48,563 nt of DNA, taken from positions 62,001-110,563 of the forward strand of contig JADIIX010000073.1 of the NCBI GenBank assembly GCA_027604505.1, in the 5' to 3' direction. Shown here piece by piece: positions 35,771-48,195 of this stretch; position 1 is the stretch's first letter; every line of letters starts with the position of its first letter. The position numbers and the translations under genes are program-made. The notes beneath the pieces are model-generated. The model did not search any database, was not told where the DNA came from, and saw nothing but the letters and a program-made list of their open reading frames with translations. Source of the stretch: Gonapodya sp. JEL0774. Lineage: Eukaryota.

Positions 35771-36661
35771 ACGCCGATGGAAAGGAAGGGCGTAAGTGTC
35801 TACCAACAGCAAGTTACGTGGTTGCCTACCCCTTCTAGTCTCACTCCCAGACTGATTGTGTAACGATGGCATCAGTTTCCAGAGCCTGATCACTGATCAC
35901 TCCGTCCTGTGTGCGTGTTCATTTCAACCGCCTCGGTTCCTCCCAGTCCGGTTCGTGCCAGAGAGTACCAAGGTACCTTGTGCACGTTCTCCGGTAGTCC
36001 CTGGTCTTGCACCGTGCACGATCGCAGGTGAGGCTCGAAAGTGCCGGCCTAGGTTCCTCCTTGCGCGAAAATACATTAGAAAACAATATTTTGATAATCC
36101 AAACAAATTTTCTGGTATGACAAATTCATTTGCTGAGGCACCTGCATGCTTCGCGCATATTGGTTGTTTGTCAGGATTTGAGGTGGTGGTTCCATCCAAC
36201 CGACTTGCACGCTGCTGACATTGTCAAAAAATTCTGCTTTCGTTTGCAGTAAAACTGTGCGGTTTGGTGTTGCGGAATGGTGTGAGGACCTGCATGGCAC
36301 ATGGACTTGCTACATACTTTGAGAAGACCGCCTGAAACAAAAACACTCTTCCACTGGGATTCCGCATTTCTCTGGATGGATGACCTCGATGGGCGAATCG
36401 CACATGTCGGTGACCTATTTGAGTCCTTCACAGCGTTAGCTTCACGGCCAGGAGGATCGGGTGACGCAGAGAAAGGTGAATGGTTCAGTTAAAACCACGT
36501 ATTGCAATCAAGACACATGGAATCGCCCAAAAAATTGAGACAAAATGATTTGCTGTAACTTATTCGCAAGAAAATGAAAATAAGCCTTCGTGGTTGTAGA
36601 CTGGAGTTCCCATAAGGGAATATTACGGATTGTCCCCACAACAACTCCTTAACCCTACTTA

Positions 36662-39600
36662 ATGCGTCTCTTTGGCCACATTAACGGCGAACACCTATTA
36701 GATAACGCTCTTTCTGGCGCAATCTCCTCTCTCCGCACTCTCTTGCCAATTCTCAAATCTATCAGTGCACCTCACCTCACCCTTCTCAACCGCCAAGTGT
36801 TGCCGGACGATGCAAGCGAGAGGGATCCCGTACACGCTGAACCCCTCACGCTCTCTAGATTCCCCACACTCTGCGCTACCTTGACCTCAACGCTCGCGCT
36901 CGTTTCTTTCTCTTCCGATCCCACAAACGCCCGCACTCTTGATCTCATTTCCAATGCGCTAGTATACTCCTTGTCCATAGTTCACCCTCCGAGCAATTTG
37001 TGTGTCACAGTTTGCGCTCTTGTCTCATCGCCACGACTGTCGCATCCTTCGAAAGTATCTTTTGCACGAGCCTGTGTCTCCCAGCTGCCACCAGTGGTCG
37101 TTCATCAAAGATCATTTTTGGAACCTTTTGTGGCCCTCTTTTCTTTAGACGAGGGTTCCCAACCGTCATCAGGCCGACACCCTCTGCATATAATCGCACT
37201 CCTTTCCTCCCTGGAAACGATCGCTCCCTCCTTCAAACTGTCTGAGCATCTTTCACCGAATGAAAGAGATGTTCTTCACCAGTTTATGGACGCCACATCG
37301 TCGAGCCCTGTGCCCGCTGTTCGTCGAAGATCTCGAAGCTCCGCGAAAGCAATCATGGGCTCCCTCATGGGAGATGACGGAGGAGCGCAACAGCTTGATG
37401 GACTCGTGGAAGAGGTCCTTGTAAAGGGGCACACTGACCGAGTCGATATGTTGACTTCTGTGTTGACGCATGCTGGTTGGAAGGCTGTGGGAACTTGGAC
37501 AGAACGGATCTTGAAATGGTGCGTCGCCGAGTCCAGGTGAGCTATGAGGATTATCATATTAAATGCCTTGCGTGAATCTATATCGTGGTTTGGTTTCTGA
37601 TCACTTACAACCTACTTGGTACACGTAACCTAGAGATTCCCCTACACCACACACCTCCTCCCGTCTCCTGTCCGCACTCATGAATGCGATACCTACAAAT
37701 TCCTCGCTTGAGTCTGGAGAACGTGCCCTTACATTAGAGGATTTCACTGAGCTTCTCCTCACGTCTGTGAATGAACTTGAGCCTCCATGCCCTGCTGCCA
37801 AACTGGACGCCTCGATTTTGCGTGTCTTGGTCACCAAATGGCCTCCAACTCAAGTAACCAAGGCGATAGCAGAGTGGCCTCGTTGGGGAGCACTGGAACA
37901 CGGCAAGGAAGCGTACCGAGCAAGAGTCATTCTTCACTGCGCCCTTCGCACTCAACCCTCCTCGCTCATGACACTGACGTTATCGCCTGGCGATAAGACC
38001 TTCTATCTTTTTTTGCGATATTACCTGTCTGGCCACGATCTTGAGACAGCTATCCTGGCGTTGAAAACTCTGGCACATCTGGCAGAGATTCCCGACTCGG
38101 CAATCGTGCGAAACCTTTGGACCGATCTCTGGATGTCGCGGGGAAGCGATCCCTCATTTGTAATGGCAGCAAAGCGGGCTTTGTCTGACGCCGCCCGTTC
38201 CGCTCGCACTCAGCCTGATCCTGACGTTCTGTTGTCTGTCGTCTCTTCTCTCCTCCGACCCACGCCAGATCCTAGCAGAGCGTCGGCTGGTCTCAGTATC
38301 GCCACACTCTTCAATGTGCCCATCCCACGTCCTACGCTGGCAGCTGTGATTGTTTATGATCGCCTAGAAGTGAACAGGATTGCGGCGTGCGCAGACTTGA
38401 TGAATTATGAGCCGCTTGAAGAAGTGACTGGATATAGAGTCTGGGCAGAACAAGTACTCCAATCACCGAGGACTTTGGACAGGATGAGGGGAGGCATGGC
38501 TGTGAAGTTCGTGATGGTTTGCCATTACTTCAGCAAATTTGCCTTGACATGTTCCGCGTTCTTCAGGTACCTTGCTTGTCGCTCTCCGACCGCTGAAATT
38601 GAGCGCCTTTCCCAGAAATTCTCAATGGACTTTGAATCTGCGCTTACAGCATCGCGAGCACATTCCCTAGATGCTACAGTTAATCCTGCACTCTTTACGG
38701 AGCACCTTCTTGCAAATCGCATATCCCTTCACGGGACTCTCTATGCCATTCAGAGGGTTCTTGAGCTCATTTCGGAGATCCCTATGCACAAGGAGCTCAC
38801 TCCTGTTTTAGGCAAGCTCCTAAATGTCCTGGAGGTGTACTTTGACGTAGTTGCCACCGTTATGGACGTGCTCGTCGAGGGAGATCCAGGGTCAGAAGAT
38901 GAAGGTGGTGATACGATCAACGGTGATGTGAATAGGGATCAGGATGGAGACTTTTCTATGGAGGTTGAGGATAATACAACAATCCGGGATCACACGACCG
39001 CCGTCTACCGGGAAGTGGACGCCTCGAAACATATGGCGTCTCTTAATGAGCTTTGGCGAGGTGGGAAGGTAGGTTCGGATATTGCCGCCTGGATTGTTGA
39101 ACACAGTGTGAGTGTTAAAAGGCTGGGTCCAACATTGGATGGGGACTGCATTCGATCTTCGAGTCAATAGAACACCACAAATTTATGTAGGATACGAGTG
39201 CCCCGTACTACTCTTCTGTTTCACGGGCACTCGCTTCTCTCCTGCTAAGGGCGCGTCATTGGGGCTTGGCAGCATCATGCGAGACGGCGCTATCACGGAC
39301 CCTTGCCACAACGACAGAGAAGCTTAATGAAGACAAGGGAATTCGTCGGGAGTTAATCGAGGTAAATGCACAACTTTGTACCATCACAAGTGTCCTTCTA
39401 ATATCCTGGTACAATTTGACAGAATGTGTCTTTCCTCATGTCAGACAGTGCACCGACTCGTCATGACCACCGGTACGCAGGTGCTTCCCGTGTTCTTCGA
39501 GCTTGTATTGTCTCCTCCAAGGACATCCATGGATGGGCATTGGCAGTGTCCAGGACCGTTGCTAAGTGGGGCACTGCTCAGACCCTTCATGTACTTCGAT

Positions 39601-42055
39601 GGCTGTATGCAGACAAGGAGGTAGGACAAGGGTTGGATGCTGATGAAGGGTTTGAAGTGGCGATGAGATCGGCGAATCATCAAGAGTGAGTACCATGAAC
39701 TGAGAGGATATCGTTGAAAGCTCATTCTGCAATCTGTACGTAGCCCTTCACTTAGATCTGCTTCGCGCACGCTTATGGTAGCCGTTATGGTCCGTGCAAT
39801 CGGTGATTCTTCTTTGTCACGGGCGCACACATTCCCAGCACACACCTTCGCCGCCCGCTTCCCTCGAGCGTTCGCATGGTGCGAGAAGGAAATTTCAGAC
39901 ACCGTACTTTCACGCCGATGGACACGATCGGGCTTGGTCGTCGCGTTGGCTCTCGCGTCCCGAATGTCACCACACAAAGACGTCGGACATGAGAATGACC
40001 GGCTAAAGAATGTCGCGAAAGACTGCGTCTATGTTGCGTGCAAGTGCGAAATAGCTGCTTTGAGGGAGATGGCCGGACGGGCGGTGGCTGGGCTAGTCAC
40101 TCAAACTACCGGAGTTGAACTTGTGCATGAAGTCATCCAGGGTGAGCAGAGGACTCGTCCTCTACCATTTGTACGGTCTGGTTGCTCCAACTACTTCCTA
40201 TTGTCGCTCTGCACAATACATTTAGACCTCCCGCGAACGCAGAATCTGGCACACGGTATCGGCTTCCTTCTGCACACTGCATGGACAGAAAGCGATTCTC
40301 GTGGCCCGCTCGGAAACTTGAAATCGCTTACCGGTGAGACGAGAATCATTATTTCGGATTGTTGCAAAGAAAGAAAGCGCATCGTACATGTGTACTTCCC
40401 CAGATTCCGTTACCACAACTGCAAGCGATCTCCCCTTCGTCAAGCTGTTCTATCCCATTTCTCCTTCCGACTTTTATGCCATGCCTACCGACAGCGCTCA
40501 ATTGCAAGCCACCTTTCCCGACCGTCTCCCCGGCTCCTCCCAGCTGTCGTCCCGTGGAGTTCGCGAACTAATAGTCTCGTCATCTTGTGATGCTCCCGGC
40601 AATTTGGACCGCGTGGAACGAGCCGCTGAGACTGCATTACAGACAGCAAACGAGTCGGCGCTCCTGACCATCGCTGAGGCCCTGGAAGAGTGTTCATCAC
40701 GTTATGATAACATTGACGTACATACCCGTGTCGCGCGGTTGGTCTCCCAATACATGCCTTCTCTGTATCCCGTTCACGGTTTGCGCAAGGTGGCGGGCTA
40801 CACCGCGCGAGAGATGTTAGGTGTGGTTGTGGCGACTGGTGAGGCACAAGTGGAGTACTTTGATGGGTTTTGGGAATGGTTGGTCGAGACTGTCCGCAGG
40901 GAACCAGTTGAGAGCGAGCTGAAAGAGGTCGCTGTGGTGTGTACCGGGGTCGTCATTGGGGCGGTGAGAAAATCTATGGTTTGTTACTTGTCATCTATCA
41001 CAATTTTGACTTTTGAAAGTTGAGATAGGCTGCAACCAGACCCTCGGATGCCACCATCCTTGCCTTCATCTCGGTCCTTACATCAGCTTTTCTCCCCGGC
41101 GCAATTCCCCTCTGCAGTGCCGTTGTGGATGCACTGTCTCACTTTCTCCGAGCCCCCTGGTCATCTCGATCGACACTCCCTCCACACCTGGTTCCCAAAC
41201 TGGTGGCTGTTTTAGTTACAATAATGACCGAGCCAGAGGATGAAGACACGAGAGAGGAGGCGGGTGACCTGGCCCGGCGGTGGCTGGACGAGGATGAGGT
41301 GTGTGCTTCAAGATTCAAGATCCCCTCCGATGTTAGTTTAAATGTCACGCACACACCGCCGTCAGCCCCTTCCCTCCCCTAATCTCATTCTTCGCGCCTT
41401 ACTTCGTCTTCTCACTCCAACGTCCACCGTGACCTTGAGCTCAAGCTCCTTCCAACTACTCCTCACGTTCCTCGTTGGGCGGCATCCCCTCCCATCCTCC
41501 TCCATGGTACCGCTTCCCTACTCTCGATTCCGTCGGACGCCTCAGTACACCTCCCACGAGTCAGTTGGTGCTGTCGACCTTCTTGATTTATCCCTCGAGG
41601 CCTACCGGGCCATTATTAAGGTAGCAAGTCCCGAGGATCGCGATAATTATACGTTGCAGGCAGCTGTCTCGGAATGGTTGGCGGGATGCGGTGCTTGGAT
41701 TTTGCCGGTGTGGGAAGAGTTATGGCTTGGCGTAAAAGGAGGAACGGTGCGTTTTGTGGTTGTGCCCGGCGATTGTTCCAACATTGTCCCTCTGAATGTG
41801 TTTCGATCTCGCCTGGTAATCTCTTTTCTCAAACCTTCGTCCCCAACTGGCGGTAAAAACACCTCAAATCAGCTGTCTTTCCCTTATCCGGGCTTCCTCT
41901 ACCACCCCGCGATATTCTCCGTGGGCTTTCGGGTGCACCTACTTGGACGGATCCTGCGGACATTGGGGATGGGCGAAGGGGAAGCAGTAAAAGCGGCAGT
42001 AGATGAAAATTTTTTTGCGGGGTATGTCGGGGAGTTGGGTTCAACAGTGCAGTGA
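36662..42055 (+). CDS. TRM732: Divergent THADA/Trm732 (DUF2428) armadillo-repeat protein, multi-exon
   Basis: Long helical ORFs joined by GT-AG introns; DUF2428-like order of motifs: LLLRARHWG, HRYAGAS, LHVLRWLYAD, LRSASRTLMVAVMVRAIG, FAARFPRAF, LREMAGRAVAGLV. Confidence 0.7.
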
Positions 42056-42230
42056 TTTTAAACACCCAAGTGGTCAGTGTGGAATGCATACTGGACTATT
42101 GTGATAGACAGATACACCAGCCGACCAATACAAAACAAGAAAATCTACCAGAGATGCGCTTGTACTGATAACACACACACACTCAAACACGACACCTGCC
42201 ACCAATCTCAAGCTACCATGTCTCACAGGT

Positions 42231-43920
42231 TCACACCAATCCCACGACAGCAACTGTCGCCACCGCCACCACCACACACCGCAACAATCCCATCCAACCA
42301 CCCACGGTCCTCGATTCTGCTCCACTTGTGAAAACACCCTTTGCCTTGTATCCATAACTTTGCCAAATTGTATCCACTGGGTCACCAATGGTGAAGACCC
42401 TGGACGTGCCACGATACGGTTTGTTGGCGTCCGTGGCGGTGTCTTGGTCGTCAGCGCGCATTACAAGAGTGTATCTACGTGAAGGTGAACGGGGCACCGG
42501 ACGAAGCGGGTGAGTTAGGTACAGACGATAGCGTGACACCTCTGAGTGGGGCTCCAAACATACCTCCCCGCCGTCAGGTTCGCTGGGACAATCCACGACG
42601 TCGCATTACGAAGGGTGCCTGTAGAATTGTCTACGAATGGCCCTACGCCCTTCATGACTGGTGCGACACCGCTCGTGGTGGTGAGGTTGATGGTTCCAGT
42701 TCGGTCAAAGAGCCAAATCGTGTACGTGTTTGGAAACACAGTGGTGCCAGCCGGAACGTCCCAAATGACCAAGTGGGTGTCATTAGACCCCCAGTATGTG
42801 CCGGTAGTGGGACTAACAAACGTGAAGTTTCCTGGCTCTGGCAAGTTTCCAACTCCCACAATGACAAAGTTTCCCGACTGGCCCGTGGCGCTTTGGCCTG
42901 CACTATTTGTCGCGGACGCGTACAGGGAGTAGTAGCCCGTTGCGAACGCGGCTCGCGTTGCGGCGGCGATGGTGAAGTTGTAGGAGTTTCCGAGGAACGT
43001 TCGGTTGGTTTCGAGGACGAGGGCTGTTTGGGAGGTTTGTCCGAAGCGGAGTTCGAGGGAGAATGTGGCAGGTGGGGGTTGGAGGTCGTTCGTGACGAGG
43101 ACTTGGAACTGGTGTGGTTGAGGGACGACGGTGTGGTGAGCGGAGTGGAAAAGTCATACCCAGTTACAACATCAAAAAGAACCGAGCGTGCTTTCGGTTC
43201 ATCTCTTCCACTCAATCGCGTCGATGTTGAGAGGTTATGTAATTTCCATTACTCTTTCCGGCTAACGACAAGGGTGAGACCGGAACGCGGAGCCGATTGT
43301 TCCGTTAGAGGCTCACTGAAGTTTCACGCCCTGTAGTTCCCGCACGCCAGCGTTACTCGGCAATACACTTTGGTCCTCTCAAAGTTAGGTGCAGACACCT
43401 CGGAGTGGGGAGCCTGCACAGACGACTTTGATACATACCACGTCCGACACATTGAACACAGCTCCAGCCTTGGGCGCAGTAAAATAGAAGCCGAAAGTCT
43501 GAGCGCTGGTTGTTTGCCTCTTTTCGAGGGACGGAGGAAGGATTTTTGGTGAGATATTTGGCGACAGAGGAGAGAGGGGTTCGAGAGGATTTAGGATATT
43601 GGGATGGGATTCGAAAGATTGGAATGATGCTCGTGCGGGAGTGACTGGAGGGTGGTCGGTAGGTTAGGAGAGGAGAAAGGGTGAGGAGGACGCAGAGGGG
43701 TGATAAGAGGACGGGTGGACAGCACGACAACAGCGTGAGTGGACCCACGGTGGAGAGACAGCAGCAGGGCGAGTGAGAGGCACCACAACACGAGACGACT
43801 CGGCAAATTATGGCTGGAGGGGTTTCTTCTCAAGGTGCGCGAGGTTGTCGTATTGTCGCCTCGAGACCGCCGTTTCCAAGCGTTTGCTGTTGTTTCCGTC
43901 GTTTCCATCATCTCCATCAT
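42231..43920 (-). CDS. Cell-surface protein with two tandem Kre9/Knh1-like (Ser-Thr-rich GPI-anchored family) beta-sandwich domains, 4 exons
   Basis: Hydrophobic signal, pro-region ending LEKR (Kex2-type site), FYFTAPKAGAVFNV...GYYSL...SGNFVI, then FTFVSPTTGTYW...VIWD...WIVPANLTAGR|YTLVM...SRVFTI, and a C-terminal hydrophobic GPI-like tail. Confidence 0.65.
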
Positions 43921-44539
43921 TTTCCCACAAGTTACGGTCAAAAGATCGCTGGACCACGGGATGCAGCTTGGGGTTTTGAGAACTATAGGATAGAGATGGG
44001 ACAGGCGACGAAGAACTCACGAAGCCAAGACGTCACAACGATTTCCCTCCGTTATACTCCTCTCACGCCGAGACAATTTAAGTGCAAGAGGGGAACGGCG
44101 GGACTTAGTGGACACTTCGAAAAGTCGAATCGGTGTTCTCGCTTTGTTGTTACAGTTATGTGCTGAAGGGCTGTGGGACCAGTTTCGAGTTTGGTGAGTC
44201 GCACTGCCTCAAACGTGGGTGCACTATGACCATCTCAAACACAAGAGCAAACAGCCACTCCCAACCTTGTTGGTTGGGCAGACTAACTCTACTGCGGTTT
44301 TTTGGTTGCGACGGAACCTTTGCTGCGTTTCGGTTCGGCAATCCCGGAAGATGGATCTGCCGCACCACCCACTCCCAGCCATCTTTGAAACTGTATTTAC
44401 TCCATTTAGCGCTTCTTGTGAGCCCACGGGGGCATGCCTGTGACTTCTGGGGCTGTACCTTTCGGGCTATCTGTGCACCACTCATCCACTACTTCGAGAT
44501 TCTCAAATATAATTCATTCGAATCATTCGATCCCCTTCA

Positions 44540-46068
44540 ATGGCATCTGCGCTGCCCTCAACACCAATGCTCGAAACATCAGGTCAGACTGATTGGAATT
44601 CTAGCGGATATCTACCAAACATCGCTTTCGGGAATCACACTCCCGACGGCGATCTCAGTGACTCGCATATAATAACGCCTCGATCGCGACCATTTGCTTT
44701 GGCAGCGTCATCAGAGACGCTGTCGGGCCCTACTCTTGATATCGAGAAGTCGCAGAACACTGCTCAACAATCGGGGAAACGTTTAGTCGTCGCAGTAACC
44801 TCGTCCGATCCGCCCCTCAAGACCGCAAATGTGAATGCGTCTCCATTCTCAACAGTGTCACAACATATTCGCAATCGAATACCTCTTGGAAGGCTCATTA
44901 TGGCGTTGTATCAGATAGACCAAACCCCTTGGATCCAATCTCACACTTGGCCAACACCTCCAATGTCACCCCTTGATCCGCCTCATCAGCCGTTCCTCGC
45001 TTATATTCTCCCCATGATGCATCTTATATTTTTCCTCCTTCCTATCCTCGCTCCCCCTTGCGCGGGAATCGTCCCTCTTTCTGTGAATCCCATGATCGGG
45101 CCTTCGGTGGAATCGTTCGTGGCATGGGGCGGCCTGGCAGGCGATCTCGTTCGTGCTCAGCCTGGCTCTCAGTGGCCTCGACTGTTCACTGCGTCATGGC
45201 TTCACAGTGGGGTGGTACATTTTGTGTTGAACGCGTTCGCCGAGTTGGGACTCGTCATGCGTCTCGAAAGGTTTGAGGGACCACTGAGGACACTTGCGAT
45301 CTGGATATTGTCGGGACTGGGAGGTAATCTTACCAGTGCAGTCTTCAGTAAGAGTCTGACTGTCGGCGTTGGAGCATCGGGATCCATGTGAGTTGTACAA
45401 TCCCACGCCTCTAACTCGGCTCACCGGCAGTAAACTTCGTTTTCACAGCTGTGGCGTTGTCGGCGGTCTAGCTGCGCAATTGCTCGTGAATTGGGATGTC
45501 GCAAGGCGGAAGTGGTGGGCACTGCTGTGGGTTGCATCGTTGGCCTGCCCCAGGAGTCCGCTCTCTGTCTCACCCCGAATTACTCTCCTCTTAATCTAGT
45601 TACTGGATTTTGGCCGCCTGTACCTTCATTGGTATCGGGGTTATTCCCTCGTTTGACAATTTTATGCACACTGCAGGATTCCTAACAGGTTTGTTGTCGG
45701 GGCTCTTCCTCACCAAGTTGGCAACCCCAGCTCCTGCACCGCCGCCCGCACAAACATACACCAGCCCCGAGTTTTCATCATACGTTGGAGTTTTGTCAGC
45801 GACAGGAACAACTTTCCCGGCTAAAACCGAAGAACCCGTATCTGTGCAACCCCCTTCACTGATCGTACAGCTTGCTCTTTCTCTCTTCGCAGGTCTGAAG
45901 CACCGAGGCAATCCAGAGCCCAGCCGCGTTCTACGTGGTAGGGTGTTTATTTTTTGGGGTCTCATGCTGACTTTGATGTACTTCGGTGTGATGATCCTGC
46001 TCTTAGCACGAGGAGGAGTTCGGGGGTGTCGAGTGTGCTGTTGGATGTATTTTACTTTGAACTGTTGA
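44540..46068 (+). CDS. Rhomboid intramembrane serine protease, predicted active; exact 3' end uncertain (about 46068-46121)
   Basis: NPMIGPS, QWPRLFTASWLHSGVVHFVLN, LERFEG, SGLGGNL, GVGASG (45371-45382), DNFMHTAGFLTG (His at 45667-45669). Confidence 0.9.
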
Positions 46069-46839
46069 TATTCAGTTCCCGAAACGTTTGTGCAGTTCGA
46101 GCAAACTACCTGTCCACTTGACCAATTTCATATTTGCGAACTTCTATTTGTGAGATCACGCCCGCGGCACCTGTGTTGGTGTGCTTTTCGGTTCCATGAG
46201 TTGTCCGGTGAGATCTCAAGGCGCTCTTTCACGGTCCACGTGGAGGAGATGTACCCACCCGACCCGACCCGACAAGTGAGACTCCCCGCTGCGCTCCGTG
46301 TGTCGCCGTGGTTGTAAACAACTCTCTTGTTTTTACTTTACTGGAGGTGGGGCGGGAAGGCGGGAAGGCGGGAAGCAAGTCGGTGGAGCGTGGAACCGAC
46401 GAGTCAACGTGAGGGTGCAGACCACCGTGTCGGTCTTCACCGACCGACCGACTACCTGGCACTCGCACTGGTTTCACTCATGATCCCGTATCAATAATTG
46501 TCTCTACTCTTTTATTATGTACTACAAAATTATGGATCGTCTTTTTGCTTTTGTTTTTTTCTTTCTTTCAAATAGAGAGAGTACATGTACATTTACACAT
46601 GTACAAAAACGGGGGCATGAGTCAATCGAGCCCCCCGACACGGCCCGGTCGCGCTCGACCCCGTTTCTCATTCCCCCGGGCTACCCTGGCCCGTCCTTAT
46701 CTCCACCAGAGGTCCACGACCCACCCCACACCCGTGCGCAAAGCTGTTCCATCCATCAAAACGTCCACAGGTCCACACACTTCGCACCCACCGGCCCCCC
46801 TCCACCCCCCGCGCCTCCCCCCGGCCCACCGGCCCCCCA

Positions 46840-48043
46840 TTACGCCTTCCCGGCCCTCCTCACACACTCCTCAAACACGGTCCACGCCACGACCTGACTC
46901 CCGACCTTTCTCGCGGTCCTGACACCCGCGCCTCTAAAGAACCCCCTGACACCTTGTTCCCTCCACACTGTGCGCACCGTGGCGGGGAGCGACGGGTACC
47001 GCGCGGGAAACAGCTGGATGAGCGTCTTGGCCGTGTCGAAGGGTTGGGTGGCGAGGGTGGACAGCAGGGCGGCAAGGAGGGCAGACACCGGCGTGTGCAG
47101 GGCGGGCGCGAGGGGGTGCGGTGCGGCTGGGGGTGGGAGGGTAGGGTGAGTTGGGGGGACGAGGGGGAGGGCCCAAGGCGGGCAGGGAGACAGGGAAGTG
47201 GGTAAACACGTGCACCCCACCTTGTAAGGCCCGCTTGCACCGCTCGTACGCGAACACGTAGAGGCCTGCTTGAGGTGCGTCGCGGATGAATGTGGCGCCG
47301 TAGCTTTATAGCGGAAGGGGGTTGGTGGGTGCGGGGTGTGGGTGTGTAGGTATGGGTGAGGTATAGCGGTCCCGCCCTCGTCCACCGGGCCCCTTCACCA
47401 CCAGTGTGGGTTCCCATTCCGACCTCCTCTCGAACAACTCACCCGCGGAACATGCCGCGCCACCCTTCGGTGCGGACAATGTCTTGGCACGCGGAGAGGA
47501 GGGAGGTGTAGGGGTAGACGGTGGACTAAGAGAGGGAAAACCCCGGGTGTGGGGTCCGGGGTGGGGGGTGTGGGGGGTGGCAAGGGGCACAGTGCAGTCA
47601 CAACACACACACGGGTACGTTTTCGACCCAACCCCACGCCCCCCCAACCCCCCACCCCCCAACCCCGCACCCGCCCAAACCCCCAACCCCCCACCAACCC
47701 CACCCCCCAACACCCCTCCCGTAAACTCACCTCGAACCTAACCTTCAACACCGTAGCGGGCATGAGGACCAACCCCGCGCCGCCCCTGGCCAGAGCGCCA
47801 GCCGAGATGTCGACGATGGCGTCTTTCTGAGACCGAGAGATCTTTCCCTTTCCCTTATTCGTCGGCGTCGGCGTGCCCGTACCCTTTGGAGGAGCGACGA
47901 CGACGACAAAAGGATCCAGCGAGCGGTTCAAAAAGGATCGGATTTCGGCGAGGGAGGCGAAGTAGAGTGCGGAGCCCGGGACGTTGCGGAGGAGGGTGGG
48001 GAGAGTGCCGCGCCAGAGGTGGGATGGGTGGGCGAGGAGGGGG
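46840..48043 (-). CDS. HEM25: Mitochondrial glycine carrier SLC25A38/Hem25-like; 3' four exons, 5' exon(s) lie beyond the right edge
   Basis: LWRGTLPTLLRNVPGSALYF, ARGGAGLVLMPATVLKVRFE|S, FRG|YGATFIRDAPQAGLYV, TQPFDTAKT, RTARK...AWTVFEE. Confidence 0.88.
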
Positions 48044-48051
48044 CTAGAGGA

Positions 48052-48110
48052 GGGGTGGGGTGGTGGGTTGGTGGGATGGTGGGGTGGTGGGGTGGTGGGG
48101 TGGTGGGTTG
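48052..48110. repeat. G-rich (GGTGGTGG)n-like microsatellite in an intron
   Basis: Imperfect 8-nt repeats with many G-runs. Confidence 0.7.
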
Positions 48111-48195
48111 AGCACGGCACGGGAAGGTGGACACAGGTCAATTGGTCCACATGGGCGGCCCATATAAACCTCAAAGTTCAATTGCCTCCGGCGGG

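Noticed and set aside
42479..43336. 285-aa plus-strand ORF
   Set aside because: Antisense shadow of the Kre9-like gene; no recognisable domain
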